From Bacteroidota bacterium (GTDB taxonomy: Bacteria; Bacteroidota; Bacteroidia; Chitinophagales; Chitinophagaceae): DNA of 64,000 nucleotides. The stretch is taken from assembly GCA_963169635.1 (NCBI GenBank), contig CAUJDL010000064.1:1881-65880 (forward strand), in the 5' to 3' direction. The notes beneath the pieces are model-generated. The model had not been told where the DNA came from. It was given only the letters and a program-made list of their open reading frames with translations, and searched no databases. Of this stretch, positions 1-10,317 are shown one piece after another. Position 1 is the stretch's first letter. Each line of letters opens with the position of its first letter. The position numbers and the translations under genes are program-made.

Positions 1-1
1 A

Positions 2-853
2 TCTCTAATTTTTTTAATTGCCAGCAGATTAATTGATAGCCCAGAAACAAAACTCTTACGCTTACAAAATGGCGATTTAAGAGATAACTATACTGCCTTA
101 CAAGAAAGAACCAGACAAATAGAATTGCAAGTATTAGAATTAGAAGATAGAGATAATAATATTTATAGAAGCATTTTTGAATCTCAACCAATACCAGATA
201 GTGCCAGAGTAAAAGATATTGAAACAAAAAGAGAAGTAAAACTTGTAGAAAATATGGGCGAAACAGATTTAGTGAAAAGTATTACTACTCAATTAAATAA
301 TTTATCATTAAGAGTTTCTTTTCAGCAAAAAAGCTATAAAGAAATTGATGGAATGATAAAAAATAAAGAAAACCTTTTAGCTGCAATACCTGCAATACAA
401 CCTGTAAGTAATAAAAAATTAAAAAGAATTGCCAGTGGTTTTGGTAATAGAATAGATCCTGTATATAAAATTCCAAAATTTCATGCAGGCTTAGATTTTA
501 CTGCACCTATTGGTACACCTATTTATGCTACTGCAGATGGTGTAGTAAAAACTGCCAACTTTAATGCTGGTGGTTATGGCAATCATGTGGTTATTAATCA
601 TGGTTATGGTTATGAAACTTTATATGGCCACATGGTTAGAATAAAAGCCAGACAAGGAGAACATGTAAAACGTGGCGAAGTAATTGGTTATGTTGGTAAT
701 TCTGGTAAAAGCACAGGTCCACACTGTCATTACGAAGTTTTAAAAAATGGACAACATGTAAATCCAATTTACTTCTTTTATAACGACCTTACACCAGAAC
801 AATACGATAGATTACTTAAACTTGCTGCTGCAAGTAACCAAAGTTTAGATTAA
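2..853 (+). CDS. M23 family metallopeptidase (LytM-type peptidoglycan endopeptidase), N-terminus outside the window
   Basis: Motifs HAGLDF, NHVVINHGYGYETLYGHM and GNSGKSTGPHCHYEV (HxxxD and HxH zinc ligands of peptidase M23). The frame stays open from base 2 up to the listed TTG at 125, so the gene is 5'-truncated by the window edge. Confidence 0.85.
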   Translation, partial: SLIFLIASRLIDSPETKLLRLQNGDLRDNYTALQERTRQIELQVLELEDRDNNIYRSIFESQPIPDSARVKDIETKREVKLVENMGETDLVKSITTQLNNLSLRVSFQQKSYKEIDGMIKNKENLLAAIPAIQPVSNKKLKRIASGFGNRIDPVYKIPKFHAGLDFTAPIGTPIYATADGVVKTANFNAGGYGNHVVINHGYGYETLYGHMVRIKARQGEHVKRGEVIGYVGNSGKSTGPHCHYEVLKNGQHVNPIYFFYNDLTPEQYDRLLKLAAASNQSLD

Positions 854-878
854 GCAATTTTTTATAATAATACTTTTA

Positions 879-3041
879 TTATCTAACACCACCAGGACAA
901 TGTTGTTTTAAATAATTAGTAAATAAAGTAGATAAATGTGTAAATGTTCCTGCTCCTTCACTTATACTATGTGTACGATTAGGATAACTCATTAAAGAAA
1001 ACTGTTTATTATATTTTACTAATTCATTAATCAATAATTCTGTGTTTTGATAATGTACATTATCATCGCCTGTACCATGTACAACTAACAAATTTCCTTT
1101 TAAACCTTTTGCATGTGTTACTGCAGATGCTTGTATATAATCTTCTTTATTTTCTTGTGGCAAACCCATATAGCGTTCTTCATAAATATTATCGTAAGTA
1201 AGTCTATCAGCAACTGGTGCAATAGCTATACCTGTTGTATAAATATCGCTATGCTGAAACATTAAATTTAATGTAGTAGAACCACCACCACTCCAACCCC
1301 AAACTGCTATTCTTTCTTTATCTACATAATTCCATTTTAAAATTTCTTTAGCTGCCATAGCCTGATCTCTTACATTTAAAATACCTACTTTTTTATAAAT
1401 ACTTTTTCTCCAAGCAGCACCTTTTGGTGCAGGTGTACCTCTGCCATCAAGGCTAATTTGTATATAACCATCAGCTGCAATATCTCCATTATATAAGAAA
1501 GTACTAGCACTACCAAATACATCTTTAACAGTAGCAGAACCAGGCTCTGTATATACATAAAAAACAACAGGATATTTTTTAGTTGAGTCAAAATCTTTAG
1601 GTAAAATTTTCCAACCATCCATGGTTACACCATCTTCTGTTGTTACAGTAAAAAATGTAGCAGTTGCATTTTTTTGTTTTGTTCTAATTTCTCCTTTTAT
1701 AGTTGCACCAGTTTGTAAGTTTACCCACTCTACAGAAAAAGGTGTATTTAAATTAGAAAAACTATGATTAGCAAATAAACCATTAGGAGAAATTTTATAA
1801 CTATGTGTTCCTTTTTGCTCTTCTGACGAAACTAAAATTGGTGAAGAACTACTACCATCTAATTTTACTTTGTACAAATAATTTTGTAATGCATTATTAG
1901 GCGATGCAGTAAAATACACAAATCCATTTTTTTCATCTATACCACCAAAATTTATCATATCATAATTTCCTTTAGTTAATAGCGTTTCATTTTTTCCTTC
2001 GTTACTAATTAAATAAATATGTCTCCAACCATCTTTTTCACTAACCCATAAAAAATCTTTTTTATTGTTAATCCATTCCCAGCCTGTTGGGTCATCATTA
2101 TTCCATCTGCTTTTAATATCTATCCAAGCAGCATCTGTTTCTTCATAAATTTTTGTAGCAGTAGCTTTAGTAGTATTTATTAAATATATTTTGCTTTGTT
2201 GTTGTTTTCTATCTAATTGCTGAATAATTAATTGCTGATTATTTGCCCACTCCATTCTTGGTATATAATGTTGTATAGCACTTCCAGGTACTTGCATCCA
2301 AGTTGTTTTTTGTGTAGCAATATTTACCACACCAATTTTACATGCAGATGGGTCTTCACCAACTTTAGGATACTCTACAGGTATTGTAAAAGAGTAAATA
2401 GAATCGGTATTATTTATCATTAAAAAGTTTCTGATATTTCTTGCATCTATTTGCCAGTAGGCAATATTTTTACTGTCTTCACTCCATCTAAAACCATCTC
2501 TACAACCAAACTCTTCTTCATACACCCAATCAAAAGTGCCATTAATAATTCTATTTGTACCATCTTTGGTTAGCTGTGTTATTTTTTGTGTAGCTAAATC
2601 TTCTACATAAATATTATGCTTACTTACATAAGCTGCTTTTTTACCATCAGGCGAAATTTTTGCAAACATTAATGATGATGCTGGCAAGCCTTTACCTAAT
2701 TGTTGTAAACTGTTGGTAGCTTTATTAAAAATATAGTAATCGCCTTTGGTTGCATAACGCCACACTTTTTTTGCATTAGTAAATAATAAAAAAACTTGTT
2801 CGTTTTTACTTACATAAAAATTATTAATTTTTAATGCAGTTGTTGTACCTTTTGGTGTTAAGTTTTCACTATTTACTAAAACTAATTTATCAAATGAGGG
2901 TAAATGATACTTTACAATTTCATTTTGTTCTGATGCATAATAGGCATTGCCTTCTTCATTCCATTTAATAGTACTACCACGTTGTGCAAATAATGTAATA
3001 CTTAAACAACTAGTTATTACAACAAGCAATATTTTTTTCAT
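879..3041 (-). CDS. Dipeptidyl-peptidase IV / prolyl dipeptidyl aminopeptidase (peptidase S9B)
   Basis: 720 aa with signal peptide MKKILLVVITSCLSITLFAQ. Long propeller-like N-domain, then a C-terminal alpha/beta hydrolase with nucleophile elbow WGWSGGG. Later GTGDDNVH and NRTHSI are consistent with a Ser-Asp-His triad. Confidence 0.85.
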   Translation of the reverse strand: MKKILLVVITSCLSITLFAQRGSTIKWNEEGNAYYASEQNEIVKYHLPSFDKLVLVNSENLTPKGTTTALKINNFYVSKNEQVFLLFTNAKKVWRYATKGDYYIFNKATNSLQQLGKGLPASSLMFAKISPDGKKAAYVSKHNIYVEDLATQKITQLTKDGTNRIINGTFDWVYEEEFGCRDGFRWSEDSKNIAYWQIDARNIRNFLMINNTDSIYSFTIPVEYPKVGEDPSACKIGVVNIATQKTTWMQVPGSAIQHYIPRMEWANNQQLIIQQLDRKQQQSKIYLINTTKATATKIYEETDAAWIDIKSRWNNDDPTGWEWINNKKDFLWVSEKDGWRHIYLISNEGKNETLLTKGNYDMINFGGIDEKNGFVYFTASPNNALQNYLYKVKLDGSSSSPILVSSEEQKGTHSYKISPNGLFANHSFSNLNTPFSVEWVNLQTGATIKGEIRTKQKNATATFFTVTTEDGVTMDGWKILPKDFDSTKKYPVVFYVYTEPGSATVKDVFGSASTFLYNGDIAADGYIQISLDGRGTPAPKGAAWRKSIYKKVGILNVRDQAMAAKEILKWNYVDKERIAVWGWSGGGSTTLNLMFQHSDIYTTGIAIAPVADRLTYDNIYEERYMGLPQENKEDYIQASAVTHAKGLKGNLLVVHGTGDDNVHYQNTELLINELVKYNKQFSLMSYPNRTHSISEGAGTFTHLSTLFTNYLKQHCPGGVR

Positions 3042-3316
3042 AAAGCAAATTTTAGACTCGAAAAATAATAATTTAAAACAAAAGAATACTAATTTATAGG
3101 CTTAACAAAATTTATGGCAAAAAATTTGATGAATAATTAACGTTAATAGCCAAATTCATTTATATCATTTAAAAAATAGTTTATGTTCTATAATTCAGTA
3201 TAAAAAATTAATGTAAAAACCCAAATTGCTATTTTATAAGGGCAAATATTCATTTTAACCTTCTTTAATAGCCGAATTACCTAAATTTACGCCTCTAATT
3301 ATTGTTATACAATTAC

Positions 3317-4795
3317 ATGAAACATTTATTTATTATAGTTGGATTAATATTTTGCTTATCTGCTTCTGCACAAAAAAATAAAGTTGCAAAAGAAAAAAAG
3401 ACAACATCAACACAACAAGTTACAAAAGGTCGTAATATTCCAATAACAATTACACCATATAAAAATTGTTGGATTTATTTAGGAAGTTATTTTGGAAAAA
3501 ATAAAGTGTTAGCAGATAGTACTTGGCTAAATGAAAATAGTCAAGGTGTTTTTAAAGGCGATGAAAAACTTACAGGTGGAATTTACTTTGTAGTATCGCC
3601 AACAAAAAAATTAATTGAGTTTGAGTTTTTAATGGATGAAGAACAACATTTTAGTATTACTGCAGATACAAGTAAAAGAGATAATGCCATAATTAAAGGC
3701 TCTTTAGATAATGATTTATTTTCTGCATACTCTAAAGTTACTGCTGTTAAAGGCAAACAAATGCAGGATATTAAAACAAGATTGGCAAGTGCTACCAATA
3801 AAGAAGATTCTCTTTCTTTAAAAAATGAATATATAGCTTTAGAAAAAGATTTAGATGATTATAGAGCAAACATTATTAAAAAATATCCTAACTCTTTACT
3901 TACACTTTTATTTAATGTAATGAATAGGCCTCAAGCTCCTGAAATACCTATTATAGATGGAAAACCTGACTCTGCTTATCCTTTTCGTTTTATAAAAGAA
4001 CATTATTGGGACAATGTAAATTTTTATGACAACAGAATTTTAAGAACTCCTTTTTTTGATAATAAACTAGACGATTATTTTAAACTTTATATAAGCCCAG
4101 AAGCAGATTCAATTATCCCTGAAGTAAAATACATGCTTTTATCTGCACGTACTGGTAAAGAAATTTTTCCTTACTTATTAATTAAGTTTACTAATAAATA
4201 TGTAAAGCCTGAATATATGGGTCAGGATAAAGTTTTTTTATACTTGTTTAATGAATTTTATGCTAAAGGAGATACCATATATTTAGATCCAGCATCTAGA
4301 AAAATGATTTTTGAAAGAGCTTATAGTTTAATGGCTAATCAAATTGGCGAACCTGCACCACCATTGGTTTTAACAGATACTGCTGGTAATACAAAATCTT
4401 TATATGATATTGATGCCAACTATACATTAATTGTTTTTTGGGACCCTCATTGTGGTCATTGCAAACATGAAATACCTCGTATAGATAGTATGTATCATGC
4501 AAAATGGAAAGCAATAGGAATGAAAATTGTAGGTGTTTATATTTATAATGATAATGTACCAGATTGGAAAAAATTTATTACAGAAAAAAATTTAGTAGAG
4601 TGGACACATATATATCAAACCAAAGAAGCAAGAGACGAAGAAATTAAAAACAATGTGGCTGGTTATAAACAACTGTATGATGCAAGAGTAACACCTACCT
4701 TATTTTTATTAGATAATAAAAAACAAATTATAGCCAAACAACTAACGATAGAACAGTTTGATAATATTTTAACCGAAAAAAATAAAAAAAAGTAA
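3317..4795 (+). CDS. TlpA/ResA-like thiol:disulfide oxidoreductase with a long N-terminal domain (secreted or lipoprotein)
   Basis: The internal ATG at 3317 gives signal peptide MKHLFIIVGLIFCLSASAQ. C-terminal thioredoxin fold with redox motif FWDPHCGHCKHE (CxxC). The TTG at 3302 in the ORF track is probably an over-extension. Confidence 0.7.
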   Translation: MKHLFIIVGLIFCLSASAQKNKVAKEKKTTSTQQVTKGRNIPITITPYKNCWIYLGSYFGKNKVLADSTWLNENSQGVFKGDEKLTGGIYFVVSPTKKLIEFEFLMDEEQHFSITADTSKRDNAIIKGSLDNDLFSAYSKVTAVKGKQMQDIKTRLASATNKEDSLSLKNEYIALEKDLDDYRANIIKKYPNSLLTLLFNVMNRPQAPEIPIIDGKPDSAYPFRFIKEHYWDNVNFYDNRILRTPFFDNKLDDYFKLYISPEADSIIPEVKYMLLSARTGKEIFPYLLIKFTNKYVKPEYMGQDKVFLYLFNEFYAKGDTIYLDPASRKMIFERAYSLMANQIGEPAPPLVLTDTAGNTKSLYDIDANYTLIVFWDPHCGHCKHEIPRIDSMYHAKWKAIGMKIVGVYIYNDNVPDWKKFITEKNLVEWTHIYQTKEARDEEIKNNVAGYKQLYDARVTPTLFLLDNKKQIIAKQLTIEQFDNILTEKNKKK

Positions 4796-4807
4796 ACATA
4801 GTTTAAG

Positions 4808-6736
4808 ATGAAAAAAATATTTTTTATACTTACTTTAAGTATCTTTTCTTATACTGTAAATGCACAAACACTTTTTACTTATGGGAAAAAAGCTGTTAGC
4901 AAAAAGGAATTTTTAAAAGCATTTGATAAAAATCCATCACCTACAGAAACTAATAGAAAAGAGGCTTTAAAAGAATACTTATCACTTTACATTAATTACA
5001 AACTTAAAGTACAAGCATCTTATGATGATAAATTAAATGAGCAACCATCTTTTAAAAATGAGAGTAGTAATTTTAAAAAACAATTAGCAGAAAATATTAT
5101 AAATAATGAAGCTAATGTAGATTTATTAATGCATGAAGCTTTTGAAAGAAGCCAAAAAGATATTGAAGTTGCACAAGTTTTTATAGAGCTAAAAGCAGGT
5201 GTAGATAATATTAAAGCTTACAACCAAATACATAAAGCTTATAACGATTTAAAACAAGGAAAAGATTTTGCAGAAGTTGTAAAAGAATATTCTAACGATA
5301 AAAGTACAGTAGAAAGCAATGGTAGCTTAGGTTTTATTACTGCATTTACATTGCCTTACGAATTTGAAAATGAAATTTATAAATTAAAAGAAGGTACATT
5401 TTCTGCTCCTTATAAAAGCTCATTAGGCTATCATATTTTTAAGAATGTATCAGAAAGAAAAGCAATTGGTAAAAGAAAAGTAGCACAAATATTATTAGCT
5501 GTACCTACGGATGCTACAAATGAAATGCAACAAAATATTGCAAAACTTGCAGATAGTATTTATCAATTAGCCATTAATGATGCAAGTTTTGAAACTTTAG
5601 TAGATTTATATAGTAATGATAGAGCTACTGTAGGTAATCAAGGTATTATACCAGAAGTAAGTATTGGAGAGTTTGCACCTGATTTTGAAAAACAAGTTTT
5701 TGCTTTACAACAAAAAGGCGATATCTCTAAACCGTTTTTAACTCATTATGGTTGGCATATCATCAAGTTGTTAGAAGTAATTCCTGTTAGCACAGATTTT
5801 ACTGATCCAATGACATTAAATACTTTAAAACATCAAGTAGAAAGAACAGGCAGATTATCTATTGCTAAAAAATCTTTAGTAAATAAATGGATGACAGTTT
5901 GCAAATTCAAAGAAGCCAGTATTAACGAAAAAGAATTTAATACATTTACTGATAGTGCTGCTGTAGATGGCAACTTAACAGGCTTTAAAACTATTACACC
6001 ATCAACAATTTTATTTTCTTTTGAAAAACAACAATATACTGCAAGCGATTGGGCAAAATTTGTTCGTGCCATAAAACAAAGTGGTAATACAATGGGCAAA
6101 TTATCTAACATTAGTTTATTAAAAGAATATGAAAAATTAAAATGTGCAGATTATTATCAAGAGCATATAGAAGATTTTTATCCTACAGTGAAAGAACAAA
6201 GCAAAGAGTTTGATGAAGCCAATTTATTGTTTGGTGCAATGGATAAATATGTTTGGAAAAAAGCAAATGAAGATACTACAGGCTTAAAAAATTATTATCA
6301 TCAACATAAAGAAAAATATTTATGGCAGCCTGGTATTTCTGCAATTGTAGTTACTACTAGCTCTAACAGAGTTGCTTTAGCATTAATTGATAGTTTTAAA
6401 TTAGGCATTAATAATTGGAGAAGTGTTGTAAGTAGCTATGGTGCTAATGTTTTAGTAGATAGTAGCCGTTTCGAAAATACTCAATTGCCCATCACCCAAA
6501 CTATAGAACATACAGTTGGTTATATGAGTAATGTAGAAAAAAATAGTAATGACGATTCTTATACATTTATTTATATAACTGCATTACACAACACCCCAGA
6601 AATTAGAAGTTTTGAAGAAGCAAGAGGCTTAACTACTAACGATTATCAACAAGTTTTAGAAACAAATTGGCTAAATACTTTAAAGAAAAAATATCCTGTT
6701 AAAGTAAACCAAACTGTTTGGAGTACAATAAAATAA
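4808..6736 (+). CDS. Peptidyl-prolyl cis-trans isomerase, parvulin type (SurA/PpiD-like periplasmic chaperone)
   Basis: Signal peptide, plus two parvulin rotamase segments (GSLGFITAF...SSLGYHIFK and GNQGIIPE...THYGWHIIKLLE). Confidence 0.75.
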   Translation: MKKIFFILTLSIFSYTVNAQTLFTYGKKAVSKKEFLKAFDKNPSPTETNRKEALKEYLSLYINYKLKVQASYDDKLNEQPSFKNESSNFKKQLAENIINNEANVDLLMHEAFERSQKDIEVAQVFIELKAGVDNIKAYNQIHKAYNDLKQGKDFAEVVKEYSNDKSTVESNGSLGFITAFTLPYEFENEIYKLKEGTFSAPYKSSLGYHIFKNVSERKAIGKRKVAQILLAVPTDATNEMQQNIAKLADSIYQLAINDASFETLVDLYSNDRATVGNQGIIPEVSIGEFAPDFEKQVFALQQKGDISKPFLTHYGWHIIKLLEVIPVSTDFTDPMTLNTLKHQVERTGRLSIAKKSLVNKWMTVCKFKEASINEKEFNTFTDSAAVDGNLTGFKTITPSTILFSFEKQQYTASDWAKFVRAIKQSGNTMGKLSNISLLKEYEKLKCADYYQEHIEDFYPTVKEQSKEFDEANLLFGAMDKYVWKKANEDTTGLKNYYHQHKEKYLWQPGISAIVVTTSSNRVALALIDSFKLGINNWRSVVSSYGANVLVDSSRFENTQLPITQTIEHTVGYMSNVEKNSNDDSYTFIYITALHNTPEIRSFEEARGLTTNDYQQVLETNWLNTLKKKYPVKVNQTVWSTIK

Positions 6737-6797
6737 AATGTTGACAATTATTGTAATTAATTAAATAGCTTTAGCCTAATTAAAGTAATATCTTTTC

Positions 6798-7703
6798 ATG
6801 GCATTTAATCTTCAAACATTTAAAACACGTACATTAACTGCAATAGTTTTTGTAGTAGTTATGTCATTGGGTTTGTTTATTAATTATACAGCTTATTTTT
6901 TATTATTTACACTTATACATATTGGTTGTTGGTACGAGTATCAAAAATTAATGGCTCTTATTCATCCAACTTATCAATCTAATTCAACTATACATAAGTA
7001 CAGTATCATTATTGGTGGTATTGGTTTTATGTTGTTTATGTCAAACTTTCAATTTTTTATCAACCAAATTAGTGTACAAAAAATTGGTTATTTTATTTTT
7101 ATTAGTGCATTAATAATTACTATCATCACTACTTTTTTACATAAAAAAAATCAGCTAACTACTTTACTAAATTCTTTATTAGGATTAATTTATATTACAT
7201 TAAGTATTGGCTTATTAATTAGTTTATACCAAATAACGCTACAAACTACTACAGGCGAAAGTGTAATTATTGATAAAGGCATTGTAGCTATTTTTATTAT
7301 TGCTTGTATGTGGGTAAATGATACGATGGCTTATATTGTTGGCTCTTTAATTGGTAAAACACCTTTCTCTAAAATATCGCCTAAAAAAACTTGGGAAGGA
7401 ACTATTGGTGGAATAATTCTTTGCATTATTGCTATGGGTTTAATGATGAATAAAATTATTTTGCCAAAATATTTCTCTACTAATATTGTAGAAGCTATAA
7501 GTATTCATTGGTATGTAATAGCTGCAATTGCTGCAATTTTTGGCACCATTGGCGATTTGTTTGAAAGCAAATTAAAAAGATTGGCTAATGTAAAAGATAG
7601 TGGAAATTTTATGCCTGGTCATGGTGGTTTTTTAGACAGATTTGATTCTTTACTAATAGCAGTAATTTTTGTTTGGATATATATAAAACTAGTATTGCAA
7701 TAA
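6798..7703 (+). CDS. cdsA: Phosphatidate cytidylyltransferase (CDP-diglyceride synthase)
   Basis: Multi-pass membrane protein with the CTP-transferase-1 signature region KKTWEGTIGG ... GDLFESKLKRLANVKDSGNFMPGHGGFLDRFDS. Confidence 0.85.
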   Translation: MAFNLQTFKTRTLTAIVFVVVMSLGLFINYTAYFLLFTLIHIGCWYEYQKLMALIHPTYQSNSTIHKYSIIIGGIGFMLFMSNFQFFINQISVQKIGYFIFISALIITIITTFLHKKNQLTTLLNSLLGLIYITLSIGLLISLYQITLQTTTGESVIIDKGIVAIFIIACMWVNDTMAYIVGSLIGKTPFSKISPKKTWEGTIGGIILCIIAMGLMMNKIILPKYFSTNIVEAISIHWYVIAAIAAIFGTIGDLFESKLKRLANVKDSGNFMPGHGGFLDRFDSLLIAVIFVWIYIKLVLQ

Positions 7704-7704
7704 T

Positions 7705-7712
7705 TATCTTTG
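7705..7712 (+). promoter_or_regulatory. Bacteroidota -7 box TATCTTTG (TAnnTTTG), 4 nt upstream of the recR ATG
   Basis: Exact match to the TAnnTTTG consensus. It overlaps the end of cdsA. The spacing implies a leaderless or near-leaderless recR transcript. Confidence 0.3.
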
Positions 7713-7716
7713 TGTC

Positions 7717-8334
7717 ATGCAATTACCTTCTATTTTATTGGAAAATGCCGTTGCAGAATTTGCTAAACTACCTGGTATTGGTAAAAAAACTGCATTAAGA
7801 TTAGTATTACACTTATTAAAAAAAGATGAAAAAGAAGTAATGCACTTTGGCGATACTATTACTAAATTAAGAAGTAATATTAAATGCTGTAATCGCTGTT
7901 TTAATATTAGTGATGGAGATATTTGTAGCATTTGTAGCAATAGCATGAGGCGACAAAATATTATTTGTGTTGTAGAAAATATTAGAGATGTAATAGCTAT
8001 AGAAAGTACACAACAATTTAATGGTACTTATCATGTTTTAGGTGGTATCATTTCTCCTTTAGATGGTGTAGGGCCAGAACAATTAAATATTGCTTCATTA
8101 ATTTCAAGAATAAAAACAGAACTTACCGAAGAAGTAATTTTTGCACTTTCGCCCAATATTCAAGGCGATACAACCATTTATTATATTCAAAAAAAATTAA
8201 CAGATAGCACTTGTAAAATGAGCACTATTGCAAGAGGTATTGCATTTGGTGGCGAATTAGAATATGCAGATGAAATGACTTTAGCAGGTAGTTTACAAAA
8301 CAGGCTTCCTGTAAAACAATATGTAAATGGTTAA
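7717..8334 (+). CDS. recR: Recombination protein RecR
   Basis: Helix-hairpin-helix LPGIGKKTALRL, C4 zinc finger CNRCFNISDGDICSIC, and a Toprim-like segment ICVVENIRDVIAIE. Length is 205 aa. Confidence 0.9.
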   Translation: MQLPSILLENAVAEFAKLPGIGKKTALRLVLHLLKKDEKEVMHFGDTITKLRSNIKCCNRCFNISDGDICSICSNSMRRQNIICVVENIRDVIAIESTQQFNGTYHVLGGIISPLDGVGPEQLNIASLISRIKTELTEEVIFALSPNIQGDTTIYYIQKKLTDSTCKMSTIARGIAFGGELEYADEMTLAGSLQNRLPVKQYVNG

Positions 8335-8342
8335 GATTTTTT

Positions 8343-9599
8343 TTAAACCAATAAGCCCAATAACAAACAAGCCAATACAATAAATGGCGACCTTATTTTG
8401 GTAAATTCTAAAAGAATAAATGTTGCAATAATGACTATTACATCTAAGGTAAATGTGGTAAAAGAAATTTGTACATCTGTAAATAATACATCTTTAGCAA
8501 GATAAAAAAATGCACCTACCATAATACCTACAACTGCTGCATTAATACCCTCTAACGACCTAAAAATTATTACATACTTTTTTAAATTATTCCATACAGG
8601 AAAGAAAAACAATACTAATAATGCACTAGGTAAAAACACACCAATAGCACCTAACAAACAAGCTAAAATATGTATTGCTGTGCCTTCATTTTTCATAACC
8701 ATACCACCTGTAAAAGATGCTACACTAAATACAGGGCCAGGTATTGCTCTTACAATTCCTGAACCTGTCAAAAACTCTTCTTTATTCATTTTTAAAACAT
8801 CTCTTTTACTTTCTTGTACACGTTTGGTTTGTGGTCTTACTACATATTGTTCATACATCATAGGCATTAAAACATCTCCACCACCAAATACAAGACTTCC
8901 AAAACGATAATGGTTTTCAAAAACATTAATAATTTTTCTGTTCTCCCAATTTTGTCTTGTAGCTGTTTCAGATAAATAACCTGTTATTGCAAAAATTGAT
9001 AAAAAGATAACTAAATCAATCCATTTTATTTTTTTAGGTGTAGCTGCTTTTTTAGGTATTCTTTTACTACTAAAATTTGTAGCTATACCAGCACACAACA
9101 TTACAGCAGGAAAAACCCAAGGCGATTTAAAAGCAAAAAATGTAACCAAGGATACAATTACTAATATTACTCTTGTAATAGTATTATTTACTGCTATTTT
9201 AAATAATCGCATGGCAGAAAAAGCAATAAAGCCTACAGCCATAGGTTGTATAAATCTAAACCATTTTGCATCTATAGCATTATTATCAAAATAAATTAAT
9301 AAAAAAGATAAAGCACCCATTAAAATACTTGCAGGTAATATCCAAATTAATAATGTGATAAAAGCTAAAGGCACACCACCTCTTTTATAACCTATTAATG
9401 TAATAGTTTGTGTAGAAGAAGCACCAGGCAACATATTGCAAAAGCTAACTAAATCTAACAACTCTTTTTCAGTTACATCTCTTCTTTGTTTTACAAATGT
9501 TTTAAGCATCATACCATAATGCCCTTGTGGGCCACCAAATGCTGTAATAGTATAATAAAGTACAGCTTTTAAAAATGGTATATGTCTTATTAAAATCAA
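8343..9599 (-). CDS. chrA: Chromate transporter (ChrA/CHR family, two-domain)
   Basis: 418-aa polytopic membrane protein with two CHR halves. First half has [12 protein letters not shown] and MLPGASSTQ; second half has FGGGDVLMP and [11 protein letters not shown]. Apparent TTG start. Confidence 0.8.
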   Translation of the reverse strand: MILIRHIPFLKAVLYYTITAFGGPQGHYGMMLKTFVKQRRDVTEKELLDLVSFCNMLPGASSTQTITLIGYKRGGVPLAFITLLIWILPASILMGALSFLLIYFDNNAIDAKWFRFIQPMAVGFIAFSAMRLFKIAVNNTITRVILVIVSLVTFFAFKSPWVFPAVMLCAGIATNFSSKRIPKKAATPKKIKWIDLVIFLSIFAITGYLSETATRQNWENRKIINVFENHYRFGSLVFGGGDVLMPMMYEQYVVRPQTKRVQESKRDVLKMNKEEFLTGSGIVRAIPGPVFSVASFTGGMVMKNEGTAIHILACLLGAIGVFLPSALLVLFFFPVWNNLKKYVIIFRSLEGINAAVVGIMVGAFFYLAKDVLFTDVQISFTTFTLDVIVIIATFILLEFTKIRSPFIVLACLLLGLLV

Positions 9600-9722
9600 A
9601 TGCAGTTAATTTCTTGACTAATAATTGTTACAAGATAAAATAATTTCATTAATCTAATAGCTATAAATTTTTATTAAATAATTTTTTAGTGTTATATATG
9701 TTAAGCAACCCTCAGTTAAAAA

Positions 9723-9762
9723 ATATTTTTGTTCCTTTGTAACATATTTTTTGCTACAACGT
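9723..9762 (+). promoter_or_regulatory. Promoter region of the ECF sigma operon: housekeeping-type TATTTTTG box (9723-9730) and an ECF-type GTAAC-N16-CGTA candidate (9738-9762)
   Basis: TATTTTTG is an exact TAnnTTTG match. GTAAC (9738-9742) and CGTA (9759-9762) are separated by 16 nt, about 45 nt upstream of the ATG at 9808. Confidence 0.3.
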
Positions 9763-9807
9763 ATTATATATACAAAGCAACATTTTAAGCATTACTATTA
9801 GCTGTTT

Positions 9808-10293
9808 ATGACAGAAAAAGAATATAATTTATGTGTTACAAAATATGCAGATAATGTATATAGATTTATTATTAAAAACCTACGACACGAAGAAGATGCA
9901 AAAGATATTGTACAAACAGCTTTTGAAAAACTTTGGAGAAATAAAGAACAGGTAAGTAACGAAAAAAGTAAAGCTTATTTATTTACAGTTGCCTATCATC
10001 AAATGATAGATCATATTAGAAAACATAAAAGAATTGTATTGCAAGATGAGTTTAAGCAAGATGTAAAAATAGAATATCAACCAAACAGATTTTCTAAAGA
10101 AGCAATTGCTAAAGCATTAAATAAACTAAATGAAATACAAAAAAGTTTAATTATGCTGAAAGATTATGAAGGCTATAGTTATGATGAAATTGGCGAAATA
10201 ATGCAATTAAATCCTAGTCAGGTAAAAGTGTATTTACACAGAGCCAGGTTAAGTTTAAGAGATTATATCGTAAACCCAGAAAATATTATTTAA
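9808..10293 (+). CDS. RNA polymerase ECF-type sigma-70 family factor
   Basis: 161 aa. Region 2 (DAKDIVQTAFEKLW, YLFTVAYHQMIDHIRK) and region 4 HTH (YSYDEIGEIMQLNPSQVKVYLHRAR). Confidence 0.85.
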   Translation: MTEKEYNLCVTKYADNVYRFIIKNLRHEEDAKDIVQTAFEKLWRNKEQVSNEKSKAYLFTVAYHQMIDHIRKHKRIVLQDEFKQDVKIEYQPNRFSKEAIAKALNKLNEIQKSLIMLKDYEGYSYDEIGEIMQLNPSQVKVYLHRARLSLRDYIVNPENII

Positions 10294-10317
10294 ACATTTA
10301 TTACTATAAAATATTTT

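Noticed and set aside
3302-3316. N-terminal extensions in the ORF track that start at TTG codons (3302, 11387, 14994, 19465, 29890, 41486, 43094, 49053, 49213).
   Set aside because: In each case an internal ATG a few codons downstream yields a canonical signal peptide or the conserved family N-terminus. The extensions are most likely artefacts of taking the longest ORF. The alternatives are noted in the feature evidence.
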